Source of the DNA: an uncultured bacterium
GTDB taxonomy: Bacteria; Patescibacteriota; Dojkabacteria; J137
Assembly (NCBI GenBank): GCA_963700155.1
Contig: OY969472.1
Span: 744,690 to 808,689, forward strand
Reading direction: 5' to 3'
Length of the DNA: 64,000 bases
Shown piece after piece: positions 8,362-18,003 of this stretch. The notes beneath the pieces are model-generated. The model had not been told where the DNA came from, ran no database searches, and saw nothing but the letters and a program-made list of their open reading frames with translations. Within the stretch, counting starts at the first letter, position 1; each line of letters opens with the position of its first letter. A program made the position numbers and the translations under genes.

Positions 8362-10371
8362 TTACTCAAAGAGTTCAATTTTTTTAATGCCATGATTATA
8401 CAACCTTTCTGCAAATTTTTTACTTTTTTTTATAAGTTCAAGATTATCAAGTTTTGCAACTTTTAGTTTTGGAATTCCACTTTGCTTTGTGCCATAAATT
8501 TCACCTGGGCCGCGAAGCTGAAGGTCGTACTCTGCAATTTTGAGACCATCATTGCTTGAAGATAAATATTTTAGTCGTTCTAAAGCTGAGCGGCTGACAT
8601 CATCTGAATAGAATAAGAAGCACCAGCTTTGTATGTCGCTTCTTCCTACTCTCCCTCGAATTTGGTGAAGCTGTGCAAGTCCAAATCTTTCTGAACTTTC
8701 TATTACCATTACAGTTGCATTTGGAACGTCAATACCAACTTCTATAACCGAAGTTGATACGAGTATATCGTATTTATGTTCAAGAAATTCCTTCATTATT
8801 GCTGACTTTTCTTGTTCTTTCATCTTTCCGTGAAGAAGAGCGATTTTTCGCTTGCGAAAAATCGCTTGTAAGTGTTTAAAAGTCTCTTCAGCAGACTTGG
8901 CTTCTAGAATTTCTGACTCACTAATCAATGGACATATCCAATAGACTTGCTCACCATCTTTTATTTTTTGATCAATCCATTTATAAGAATCTTCTCTTTT
9001 TTCAGGAGGAACTAGATGTGTATTTATTGGAAGCCTTCCTTTTGGCTTAGTATTTATAAAACTTATTGAAACATCTCCAAAAAAAGCTTGCGCTATTGTC
9101 CTTGGAATTGGCGTTGCAGTCATATTAATAAAATGAGGATAGTATTTATCTTTAAAAATGGCTTCAAAAGGCTCTAAAAGCTCTTCTCTTTGCTGAACTC
9201 CAAACTTATGCTGCTCATCTACAATAACCATTCCCAAATCTTCTATAAGGTCTTTTTTGCGAGCTAAAACTGCTGAAGTTCCTATCAAGATATCATTAGA
9301 TTCGGCTTTTTTATTATCTGAAGTTACTAATTCAATTCCAATATCAAAATCTTTAAGTAAATTTGAAAATGTCAAAAAATGCTGCTTTGCCAGGATAGTT
9401 GTTGGAGCAAGAACTACACTTTGCATATTATTCATTGCCATTATCATTGTAGCTACAACTGCAACTATAGTTTTACCACTTCCAACATCACCTTGAATTA
9501 ATTCATTTAATAAATCACCTTTTGAAATTATGTTTTCGATATTTTCAATTACTTTATTCTGATCTTCTGTAAGTTTAAAAGGCAGAGAGCGGAAAAATTT
9601 ATTCAATTGAACCTGCATCGTTGGTACAGAAATATCAAACTTTGGAGCATCGAGTTTTCCGCTCTCTGCCCTTCTTTTCATTAACTTAATTTGAATAGCT
9701 ATTAATTCATAAAGTGATAAAAGTTCATTATATTTTTTTAGATCTTCAAAATTTTCTGGGAAATGTAGAAAATATATAGCTTTTCTTAAATTATCAGCTT
9801 TGACTCCTATCTCTTCTAACTCATTAGGAATTTCTAGTTGATTCATATTATCAACAAGATATTTAATTCTGTTTCGGAACCATTTTTTTGAAACACCTTG
9901 AGTTAAAGCATATTCAGGTGTAATTCTTGCTAGATGTACTAATTCTCTTGTACTCAAAACTTCTTCAAAAAGTACAGGAAAGAATTGAAATTTACCAACT
10001 TTGCTTTTTCGAAGTTTCCCAGAAAATATAAATTCTTTTTCTGGCTTTATTACATCCTTTAAATATGTCTGGTTGAACCAAGTTATGCTGATTTCACCTG
10101 TATTATCATGTACTTTAGCTTCTTGTAATGTTTTATGAGACCTTAAATATCCATTTTTAAAAGTATCTATCTTGACTCGAATTTGAAATGTATTTTCAAA
10201 ATCATGGTTATAAATTAAATCCTTTATTAAGGTAATAATTGATGTGTCAACGTATTTAGTGGGGAAATAAGTCAATAAATCTTTGACAGTGTAGATTTCA
10301 AGCTTTTCTAAATGTTTTGCATAAGCACCTTTGATTTGTGGCAGTACTGTTACTGAATCTTCAAGTTTCAT
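8362..10371 (-). CDS. recG: ATP-dependent DNA helicase RecG
   Basis: It is 669 aa with Walker A GDVGSGKT, a DEQHKFGV DEAH box, and an N-terminal wedge domain. Confidence 0.9.
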   Translation of the reverse strand: MKLEDSVTVLPQIKGAYAKHLEKLEIYTVKDLLTYFPTKYVDTSIITLIKDLIYNHDFENTFQIRVKIDTFKNGYLRSHKTLQEAKVHDNTGEISITWFNQTYLKDVIKPEKEFIFSGKLRKSKVGKFQFFPVLFEEVLSTRELVHLARITPEYALTQGVSKKWFRNRIKYLVDNMNQLEIPNELEEIGVKADNLRKAIYFLHFPENFEDLKKYNELLSLYELIAIQIKLMKRRAESGKLDAPKFDISVPTMQVQLNKFFRSLPFKLTEDQNKVIENIENIISKGDLLNELIQGDVGSGKTIVAVVATMIMAMNNMQSVVLAPTTILAKQHFLTFSNLLKDFDIGIELVTSDNKKAESNDILIGTSAVLARKKDLIEDLGMVIVDEQHKFGVQQREELLEPFEAIFKDKYYPHFINMTATPIPRTIAQAFFGDVSISFINTKPKGRLPINTHLVPPEKREDSYKWIDQKIKDGEQVYWICPLISESEILEAKSAEETFKHLQAIFRKRKIALLHGKMKEQEKSAIMKEFLEHKYDILVSTSVIEVGIDVPNATVMVIESSERFGLAQLHQIRGRVGRSDIQSWCFLFYSDDVSRSALERLKYLSSSNDGLKIAEYDLQLRGPGEIYGTKQSGIPKLKVAKLDNLELIKKSKKFAERLYNHGIKKIELFE

Positions 10372-10400
10372 AAGTCAATTATAACCCAAGTATACTTGTT

Positions 10401-10529
10401 TTATTTTCCAGTAGTAGCGATCTGAAACAGGAGAAGTAATGGAGGTGCAACAAGACTTGCAATGATTGCTATAGTTAAAATCCACCATAGTATTGTTTTG
10501 TGACTTTCTTTAAGTTTGATTTTTGCCAT
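10401..10529 (-). CDS. Possible small membrane protein (42 aa; MAKIKLKESHKTILWWILTIAIIASLVAPPLLLLFQIATTGK)
   Basis: It is too short to appear in the ORF track. It has one clear TM helix, but nothing else supports it. Confidence 0.2.
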   Translation of the reverse strand: MAKIKLKESHKTILWWILTIAIIASLVAPPLLLLFQIATTGK

Positions 10530-10570
10530 GTAGCAATATTACTACAATTTTTTTCTATTGTTAAATAAAC

Positions 10571-10873
10571 TTAAATAACCTGTTCATTTCTTAGTCTTTC
10601 AAAAAGCTCATCTAGTTTTTGTTCATCAACATATGGGTAATTATGGGGAGTAAGTTTATATTTTAAGAGTATTTTCCTTGCAAAATCTTCAGATGTACTT
10701 TTTTGACTAACAGTATTGAGTGCTTTCTCAGTAAGAATATAATTTATTCATTGGTTTAACTTAAATCCATAAGTTTGAGCTTCCTCTTTTAATATCTCAA
10801 TTATTTCTTCAGGAAGTCTTACTCTTGTTTGAACATTTTTATTTCTTTTATTATGATGTGTATTTTTACTCAT
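10571..10873 (-). pseudogene. Ribbon-helix-helix-like small ORF interrupted by an in-frame TGA (41 aa + TGA + 58 aa in one frame)
   Basis: MSKNT...RVRLPEEIIEILKEEAQTYGFKLNQ is followed by TGA, and INYILTEKAL...LRNEQVI then continues in the same frame. The rest of the window clearly uses TGA as a stop. Confidence 0.3.
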
Positions 10874-10926
10874 TGCAGAATTTTAACACAGGTGAAAGGA
10901 GGTGCTTTTAAAAATGCAACTTTTCG

Positions 10927-10979
10927 TGTGGCACAGAACCGTCACATTTCATGTCTTCTTTTGAGCCAATTCTGTGCCA
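10927..10979. repeat. Perfect 11-bp inverted repeat GTGGCACAGAA / TTCTGTGCCAC with 31-nt spacer in a 470-nt intergenic region
   Basis: I read this directly from the sequence. It could be a hairpin, an operator or a small RNA. Confidence 0.3.
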
Positions 10980-11344
10980 CTAGATTTTGTAACAAAAAAA
11001 GGATAGATAGCAGATCAATAAAAATTCAGTAAAGTTGCTTTCAGTGATTCTTAGTCAATAATTTATTCTACTGATGGAATACCAGTAAGTATTTTGGAAT
11101 TATCAGAAATTTTTCAAATTTATTTGGGAAATCATTTCTGAAATATTTAAACCTGAAACTTCCATAATAATATTTGCTATAGTTCTTTTCAACTTATTTT
11201 TATCAATCGTAATACCATTGATCCTATCTTCGATCAGTTTTGTCACTACTCTAGCCAATCTTATTTGTAGTAAATTAAACTACTGTTTAGTTAACCCAGA
11301 ATCTTCTAACTGTTCTTCAAGTAAATATTTCATATTTAATATTA

Positions 11345-11863
11345 TTATGCTTCAATTGCTTCTGCCCCAGCTTCCTTTAATAGTTCCAAGATTTCATTCA
11401 TAGTAGTAGTTTCTGTTAAAAATTCTCTTCTTGTATGTATTAGCTCATTTAATTTCATCTCCTGCTCTTTGGTAAGAAATGCTGTAAATTTTATTGGAGA
11501 AATATCATCACTGTGTCTAATAATTGTTACTCTTACTGAATAGCCTTCTGGAATAGAAGCATTTTCATAACTTTTAATTTCTTCATCGGAATCAAAATAA
11601 AGAAAACCTCCATAAAAATTTATTGATTTTCGTATTGTTTGATAGTTTCTTTCTACAAGTTCTGGGTTTCGAAAATTAAGTAGATCTGAACTTACCTTGT
11701 AACTATATAAAAAGCTTTTAATTTTTTCATCTGAAAAATCTAAGTTGGGATGCTCATTTGCAAAAAGCATTAAAGAATATTTGTTTTTTATTCTCATAGC
11801 TGAAGTTAGAATATTCATGTCTAAATCGGGAAATGAATCTGCCATAAGTTTTTTAATTAACAA
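11345..11863 (-). CDS. Hypothetical protein (172 aa) abutting the NrnA-like gene
   Basis: The ORF has a native AT-rich composition and no recognisable motif. Confidence 0.45.
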   Translation of the reverse strand: MLIKKLMADSFPDLDMNILTSAMRIKNKYSLMLFANEHPNLDFSDEKIKSFLYSYKVSSDLLNFRNPELVERNYQTIRKSINFYGGFLYFDSDEEIKSYENASIPEGYSVRVTIIRHSDDISPIKFTAFLTKEQEMKLNELIHTRREFLTETTTMNEILELLKEAGAEAIEA

Positions 11864-12898
11864 TTAAAAGCTTTCGGTCATTTCTAAATCATTGTTTTTT
11901 ATATATTCAACCAGTAACTTGCATAGATCTTCACTGTCTTTGACTTTATCATTAACTTGATAGTTTCCACCGGCGGCCATGAAATGGCCGCCGCCATTAA
12001 AAGCTTCAGCCAGTTTTCTGACATTTGGACCACCTGGAGTTGATCTGAATGAAATTCCAAGTGTATCTTCATAATCAGGTGTTACGACAAATCCCCAATT
12101 GTGATTCTTTACTTGTCGAAGAATAATATTTTTATACTTAGCGTTAGCGCTTTTAATCAATTCACTATCGAATTTATTTCTAACTTCAAGTGGTAAGTAT
12201 GAATATGTAAAAGGCGGCTTTCCCTGTAGTTCTACATTAGTTGTTTTAGCGATCATCAATTTTAGCAATTCAAACTCATCAGGTTCCATTTGGGAAAGCC
12301 GCAATTCTAAAGTTTGAACATCAAATTTACCAAAGTCTATCAATTCTTTCCCTATCGTAAATGTCTCTGAACTTTTGTAACTTAAATACCTGAATGTCCC
12401 AGTATCTCCTAGAATTCCAGTTAATATTACTTCTGCTACTTCTCTATCTAATAATTCCTTTCTATTTCTAAAAAAGTACTTATATATCAATTGTGAACAT
12501 GAAGCTGCTCCTACTTCACTAAAATCTAGAGTAAAATTATCAGCTTGATTTGGATGGTGGTCAATGCAAATTGATTTGAATTTAGATAAGTCTATTTTTT
12601 CTTCTTCATGTGCAAATCTATCTATTGTGTTTCCATCTAGGAATATTAAAGTATCATAATCATTAATAATATCGACAATATCCTTAACCCATTGAATCTT
12701 TTCATAATTTTTTAGGAAACTAAATGATTGGTATGGATTTTCTTCTGCAAAATATAATCCGTATTCTTTATCTGAATATGCTTTAGAAAGATAATCGTAC
12801 ATTGAAAGCATTGAGCATACAGCGTCCCAGTCTGGGAATTTATGCGAACAAAGAAATATTTTTTTTGAGTTTTTAATAATTTCTTCAAATTTATCCAT
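11864..12898 (-). CDS. nrnA: DHH/DHHA1 phosphoesterase (NrnA-like nanoRNase / pAp phosphatase)
   Basis: It has the DHH motif ICIDHHPN and the DHHA1 GGGH motif (NGGGHFMAAGG). It is 344 aa. Confidence 0.7.
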   Translation of the reverse strand: MDKFEEIIKNSKKIFLCSHKFPDWDAVCSMLSMYDYLSKAYSDKEYGLYFAEENPYQSFSFLKNYEKIQWVKDIVDIINDYDTLIFLDGNTIDRFAHEEEKIDLSKFKSICIDHHPNQADNFTLDFSEVGAASCSQLIYKYFFRNRKELLDREVAEVILTGILGDTGTFRYLSYKSSETFTIGKELIDFGKFDVQTLELRLSQMEPDEFELLKLMIAKTTNVELQGKPPFTYSYLPLEVRNKFDSELIKSANAKYKNIILRQVKNHNWGFVVTPDYEDTLGISFRSTPGGPNVRKLAEAFNGGGHFMAAGGNYQVNDKVKDSEDLCKLLVEYIKNNDLEMTESF

Positions 12899-12901
12899 AT
12901 T

Positions 12902-13567
12902 TTAAGCTTTTCCCTCCCATTCTTTCGCGAAGCGTTTTAAATAATCTTCCATGTATTTATGTCGGCTTTGGGCCATCTTTTTACCAGTTTTAGTATTCAT
13001 TAAATCTTTTAATTTTAACAACTTTTCATGAAAATGATTTATTGCAGTTCTTTTTGTTGTTCCAACCGCTTTAATATATTCATCAGTACTTTTATATGAA
13101 GGCACTGGAATTTCAGGATCATAAAAAACTTCTTTGTAAACCGCAGCTCCGGCAAATACTCTGGCGATTCCAATAGCACCTAAAGCATCTAACCTATCAG
13201 CGTCTTGAACAATCAATCCTTCAACACCTTTCATCTTATTCTTGCCTATCCCACCTTTAAAAGAGATATTATCAACGATGAAACATACTTGATCAATCAT
13301 TTTTGCATCAATACCTATTGATTCAAGAAATTCCTTTGATATTCTTGAACCTGCATGTAAGTCATCTTTATAAATCTTCCAGTCCCCAACATCATGAAGC
13401 AATGCTCCAAGTTCAATAAGAAAAAGATCTCCACCTTCCCTCTTTTGCAAATATTTAGCATTATTCCAAACCCTTTTTATATGCCACCAATCATGACTCG
13501 GTTCTGTATCTTCAAATTTTGATTTAACAAAATCTGCTGTTTTTTGAATAATATCTTTTTTATTCAT
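12902..13567 (-). CDS. HD-domain phosphohydrolase
   Basis: The H...HD motif reads WHIKRV...ALLHDVGDWK. It is 221 aa. Confidence 0.7.
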   Translation of the reverse strand: MNKKDIIQKTADFVKSKFEDTEPSHDWWHIKRVWNNAKYLQKREGGDLFLIELGALLHDVGDWKIYKDDLHAGSRISKEFLESIGIDAKMIDQVCFIVDNISFKGGIGKNKMKGVEGLIVQDADRLDALGAIGIARVFAGAAVYKEVFYDPEIPVPSYKSTDEYIKAVGTTKRTAINHFHEKLLKLKDLMNTKTGKKMAQSRHKYMEDYLKRFAKEWEGKA

Positions 13568-14076
13568 TTCCTTCTCTCTTTAAATAAGAGTTCTTGTCTA
13601 TGATCGTCAATATTAATAAAATCATCCGCTAAATCTATAAGCTCACTATTTGCTGTTCTTTCAAAAGCAATAACTTCAACAAGACAACCTGCAGATTGTA
13701 GATAATTTACTACTGGTTTAAAATCTCCATCTCCAGAAATCAGTACAATAGAATCAACCTTAGGAGCTAATCTTACAGCATCAATCGCAATTCCAACATC
13801 CCAGTCACCTTTTTTTGCTCCACCAAAGAAAGTTTGAAGTGGTTTTTCCTTAGTTTCAAACCCAGCATTATTAACTGCTTCAAAGAACTCATTATCTTCT
13901 CCGGGTTGTGCATTTATAACATATGCTAAAGCTCGAGTTAAAATCCTATCTTTTACTGCAAGCTGAAGAAGGTTTTTGAAGTTTATTTTAGCTTTATGAA
14001 GATTCTTGGCTGAATAATATAGATTTTGGACATCAACTAATACTGCTACTCTCTGGTCTTTATTTCGAACAATCAT
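13564..14076 (-). CDS. NYN/LabA-like (PIN-fold) domain protein
   Basis: It has VAVLVDVQNLYY...ISGDGDF, typical of the LabA/NYN family. It is 170 aa. Confidence 0.65.
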   Translation of the reverse strand: MIVRNKDQRVAVLVDVQNLYYSAKNLHKAKINFKNLLQLAVKDRILTRALAYVINAQPGEDNEFFEAVNNAGFETKEKPLQTFFGGAKKGDWDVGIAIDAVRLAPKVDSIVLISGDGDFKPVVNYLQSAGCLVEVIAFERTANSELIDLADDFINIDDHRQELLFKERRK

Positions 14077-14098
14077 AATTATTTATATATAAAAAATA

Positions 14099-14413
14099 TT
14101 AATTTTCAAGATTTTGTTTTATAAATCTAACAAGGATCTGATAAGAATTCATAAATTCAATAAATGTATTTAATATTGGATCATCAATCTTATGTTCTCG
14201 AGATCGATCTATACGAATATTATGTAAGAGTGTATTAGCATTATATTGGAATTCTTCTAGTTCATGGATTAACTGTTGTAAAGAAATTGTTCCTGATTTA
14301 GAAATGATTTCATCAAGTTCATAAGTTAGACTATTAATAATTTCACTATCGGTGCCAACAATACCCTCAAGTTTCTCTTGATTATCTAATGTAGGAAATC
14401 GTAATTGAGTCAT
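14099..14413 (-). CDS. Hypothetical protein (104 aa)
   Basis: This is an ORF with no recognisable motif. Confidence 0.4.
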   Translation of the reverse strand: MTQLRFPTLDNQEKLEGIVGTDSEIINSLTYELDEIISKSGTISLQQLIHELEEFQYNANTLLHNIRIDRSREHKIDDPILNTFIEFMNSYQILVRFIKQNLEN

Positions 14414-14582
14414 TAGAATTTATATAAAAATTCATTTAATAAGTTTAGCATTTATATTGTTTTAGGACTATTATCAGAGTTTATAACTTTGTAGTAGCTC
14501 TTATTTAACGAAATGGATAAATATTTAAGTCGATAATAAAAATTACTAATATTGAAATTAAAACCTATACATATTAAACTGA

Positions 14583-14602
14583 TTGATAATGTAAATTATC
14601 AA
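14583..14602. promoter_or_regulatory. Perfect palindrome TTGATAAT-gtaa-ATTATCAA immediately upstream of the receiver-domain gene start
   Basis: It ends 10 nt upstream of the ATG at 14612, inside the divergent intergenic region. It is a candidate operator. Confidence 0.3.
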
Positions 14603-14611
14603 TTTTAATCT

Positions 14612-15034
14612 ATGAAAAAAATTAAACTAAAGACTGATTTTCCTGTTGATACAGGAAAAAAAGAAGAAAATAATAAAAAAATTTTAATTGTAGAAGATGA
14701 AGAAGCTTTATCCTCTACTTTATCATTAAAGCTTGAATCAGCTGGGTTTAAGACTTTTGTTGCAGTAAATGGAATAGATGCTTTAGAAATGATTAAAAAT
14801 AATAAGTATGATCTTGTTTTACTTGATTTGATGCTCCCAGGTAAAGATGGCTTTGAAGTATTACAAGATTTACATAATGATAATTATGGTGGATTGGTTA
14901 TTGTATTGTCAAATTTGAGTCAGGAAGAAGATATTGACAGAGTTTTATATTTAGGTGCGAAAAAGTTCTTAGTGAAGTCTAAGGTTCAATTGTCTGAAAT
15001 AGTAGATAATATTAAAGAACTACTGCATTTATGA
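14612..15034 (+). CDS. Standalone response-regulator receiver (CheY-like) protein
   Basis: It has the acidic pocket ILIVEDEE, the phospho-acceptor Asp context LVLLDLMLPG, and a conserved Lys (KKFLVK). It is 140 aa with no output domain. Confidence 0.8.
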   Translation: MKKIKLKTDFPVDTGKKEENNKKILIVEDEEALSSTLSLKLESAGFKTFVAVNGIDALEMIKNNKYDLVLLDLMLPGKDGFEVLQDLHNDNYGGLVIVLSNLSQEEDIDRVLYLGAKKFLVKSKVQLSEIVDNIKELLHL

Positions 15035-15294
15035 ATAATTTAGATGGAAAAAATTTATTAAAGATTCTTACTGAAATTTTGATTTAGCAAATCTTCTTAT
15101 AGATAAATATATGACATCTATACCAGCAGATCTAATAACTGGAAGCAGTAAAAATACTGGTTATGAAATCTGTAAGAATTCAAATAATAGAATCACAGTT
15201 ACTGCAAGAGATAGTGAAAATGGGAAATTAATATCAGTTAATATTTAGTTAGTAACAATTTGGATTAATAAAAGTTAGATTTTATCCAGAATTT

Positions 15295-16497
15295 ATGGCT
15301 AAAAATACAGTATCTCCCGTTCTTTTTGATATCTCTGCTGATATTGCTGGAGAAATCCCTATAGATTTAGTACAGGAATGGGCCAACAGCAACCTTACAA
15401 AAAAAACACATAATGAGCTGTTGGCCCCTTTTATAATTGAAGGAACGGTAGTCTCTTCTGATTCTGCAGGACTTAGTAAGTTAAGTGAGGAAAAAGGATT
15501 AATTGAAGTTATGAAACTTGTGAATGATCCTAAGGAAGTAATATTTAAACATGGTGTAAGTATTGGGGGAAGAGCAATCGGAACATGGTTTGCTGATAAC
15601 ACAGAAATGATTTATAGTAATGATATAGATTTGAATGAACTTCTAAAATATTTAGCTTCAGCTCAGAGGGAAATTTCTAAACTACCAGTTCAGGTCGGAT
15701 TATGTGTCCATAAAGGCAAATTCATTGAGATAGGTAATGGTTTATATGGTGATGATGCAGATTATGTTGAAAGTATTGCTGAAGATTATACTTCTGGTGG
15801 TGAAATTGTTGTTTCTAATAAAGTTAAGAATCTTGCTAGAAAACATAAAACTCTGTTTGATTTAAGACAAGATCTTGTAAATGAATTCGGTCAAATTTTC
15901 AAATTAAATTATGAACCCTTAGAAGTAAAATCATTTCCTTTTATAGATGAGCTCTATCCAATTCCTTTCAGTGAGGAATTTTATAATGATATGAAGAGCG
16001 GAAATTTTGATGAAACTGAAAAGAAATACACTCAAAAACAAATCGTAGTATTAGTTAAAGTTGACCACCCAAATGATACTCTACTTTTAACGCACCTTAG
16101 TAATCTCGCACTTTCAAATTATTACTCAAGAAAAATTTCCGCTCAGTTTCCAATTTCAGAGATAAAATCAAATGGTCAGTTAGCAATTTATGTTACAAAT
16201 AATGTAATCGCTTCAATTGAATTTGCTTTAGAATTGAGGAAGACTTTGAAAGATAATGATTTTCTTTGTAAAATTGGTATTTCAAGTGGTGAGGTTTTGG
16301 TATTCGATATGCGTTCCGGAGGGAAAGAAATTGCTGGTGAGCCTGTTAATATTGCTTCAAAATTGGCTGAAGATTATGGTAAATTCGGATATATTTATAT
16401 TCATGATTCTATTTCTTTACCAGGAAAATATACAAAAAAAGCAGATGATGTTATCGCAAAAGTTTCCCATGTAGAACTAAAAGGATGGAAAATGTAA
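15295..16497 (+). CDS. Putative tandem class III nucleotidyl cyclase-homology-domain (CHD) protein
   Basis: There are two halves, each with cyclase-like motifs. Half 1 has VLFDISADIAG and VGLCVHKGKFIEIGNGLYGDDADYVESIAEDYTSGGEIVVS. Half 2 has KIGISSGEVLVFD...GEPVNIASKLAEDYGKFGYIYIHDS (cf. IGIHxGxVvxG..G....Y.v.GdxVNxAsRle..g..g.I.vS). This is motif-level evidence only. Confidence 0.4.
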   Translation: MAKNTVSPVLFDISADIAGEIPIDLVQEWANSNLTKKTHNELLAPFIIEGTVVSSDSAGLSKLSEEKGLIEVMKLVNDPKEVIFKHGVSIGGRAIGTWFADNTEMIYSNDIDLNELLKYLASAQREISKLPVQVGLCVHKGKFIEIGNGLYGDDADYVESIAEDYTSGGEIVVSNKVKNLARKHKTLFDLRQDLVNEFGQIFKLNYEPLEVKSFPFIDELYPIPFSEEFYNDMKSGNFDETEKKYTQKQIVVLVKVDHPNDTLLLTHLSNLALSNYYSRKISAQFPISEIKSNGQLAIYVTNNVIASIEFALELRKTLKDNDFLCKIGISSGEVLVFDMRSGGKEIAGEPVNIASKLAEDYGKFGYIYIHDSISLPGKYTKKADDVIAKVSHVELKGWKM

Positions 16498-16512
16498 ATA
16501 TTTATCTCTAAA

Positions 16513-16902
16513 TTAAGCTACATTTGACGTAGGCATAGCTTTAAAAAGTTCAGATAAATTATTTTCAGAGTCTAAAAAGAAAGCACTCCAGCCAAAATTT
16601 TCAATTGTTATTGTTGGACCTAATGATTTCCCTCCATTTGCCTCAATCTCTTTCATTTTTTCATCAATATCATCCACATAAATAACAACTACTGTACTTT
16701 TGACATGTTTCCTGTCAACGATATCTCCATTGATTGCTCCAGGTGTTTTCGGTCTCATTGTACTCTTATCAACTTCAGTTGTATTAGCCATGGCAACGTC
16801 TTGTTGATACGGTACAATTTTCCAACCGAAGACTGTTTGGTAAAATTTCTTTGCTCTCTCCATATCGTCAGCAGGAATTTCAAAGTGTACTACGCTGTTC
16901 AT
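16513..16902 (-). CDS. VOC (glyoxalase/bleomycin-resistance) family protein
   Basis: It is 129 aa with a betaalphabetabetabeta pattern. The N-terminus reads VVHFEIPADDMERAKKFYQTVFGW. Confidence 0.65.
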   Translation of the reverse strand: MNSVVHFEIPADDMERAKKFYQTVFGWKIVPYQQDVAMANTTEVDKSTMRPKTPGAINGDIVDRKHVKSTVVVIYVDDIDEKMKEIEANGGKSLGPTITIENFGWSAFFLDSENNLSELFKAMPTSNVA

Positions 16903-16967
16903 AGTTTAGAATCTTAAGAAGTATTATTTATATTTTACCAGAAGATTCTTAATTAAATTGAAGTTTA

Positions 16968-17669
16968 TTAACGATAATCATCTAAGTTTTTTGGAATCAT
17001 TGTTCCCATTCCTTTCCACTCTTCTGCTATGGATAAACCAGTATTGAATACCTCTTTCAGTATTTTTTCTGCAATAATTTGATTCCCGATCTCATTACAG
17101 TGTAGATAATCCCGATCACCAGGTTTCATGTCCCATTCGCTGTTACCCCATGGACAAATATAAGTAAAAAGTTTATTTAAATCATATTTTTTAAATTCAT
17201 TGTAAATATCTATGAAGATAGTATTAAATTCCTCAGATAATTCTTTATAAGTATTATTAAAATTTTCCAAGGTGCTGCTCCATTTTGGATTTGGAGTTTC
17301 GTACTGAGACCAGATAACTATATCTGAATTTATTTCCTGAATTTTTTCTAAAAGTTTTGAGGCCCTGGATTTCAAATTTGAGAATTCTTTAATATTATTA
17401 AACCCGAGAGACATTATAGTTATATCTGGCTTGTACATTGCTATAGAAGTCTCGAAATTTTCTAAGAAGTACTCAATATCTGATCCATCAATTCCTTGAT
17501 TAATAATTTTTCTATTCAATCCTTTTGGCCATTCAGGTTCTTGCTTTAAAACAAATGTTATCCAATCAACCCAGTTTGGATGGCACCACTCTTGTGAGGT
17601 TGTACTGTCACCAATACAAAGTACTACTAAAGGTTCAAAATTATTAAGTTTTTTCTGGAAGTTTTTCAT
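16968..17669 (-). CDS. SGNH/GDSL-family hydrolase
   Basis: The N-terminal GDS motif reads VVLCIGDSTT. It is 233 aa. Confidence 0.6.
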   Translation of the reverse strand: MKNFQKKLNNFEPLVVLCIGDSTTSQEWCHPNWVDWITFVLKQEPEWPKGLNRKIINQGIDGSDIEYFLENFETSIAMYKPDITIMSLGFNNIKEFSNLKSRASKLLEKIQEINSDIVIWSQYETPNPKWSSTLENFNNTYKELSEEFNTIFIDIYNEFKKYDLNKLFTYICPWGNSEWDMKPGDRDYLHCNEIGNQIIAEKILKEVFNTGLSIAEEWKGMGTMIPKNLDDYR

Positions 17670-17673
17670 TGAT

Positions 17674-18003
17674 TTAAGGTTCTAATACATCCTCATCTTT
17701 ATATGGAGGAATATTTATACATAATAATTTCATTTTACCAAAATCTGCATACATATCACCTTTCTGTATATAAACAAGATCTCCTTCTTTAACTTGATAT
17801 AATAGATCATTTATTATAAATCGACCATTCCCATTGGCTACATAGTACCAAGAATCACTTTCAAGATGAGTTACAAGTCTATTCTCTCCATCTAACAAAA
17901 TTTCGGCAATGCTTATTTGATCATCTTTATATAAATCTCGAATTGTAATCACATCCTTATCAATAGAATCAATATTATCTGGTTTTATAATTCTTGAAGG
18001 CAT
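17674..18003 (-). CDS. Cupin-domain protein
   Basis: It is 109 aa with a small beta-barrel pattern (GDLVYIQKGDMY). Confidence 0.45.
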   Translation of the reverse strand: MPSRIIKPDNIDSIDKDVITIRDLYKDDQISIAEILLDGENRLVTHLESDSWYYVANGNGRFIINDLLYQVKEGDLVYIQKGDMYADFGKMKLLCINIPPYKDEDVLEP

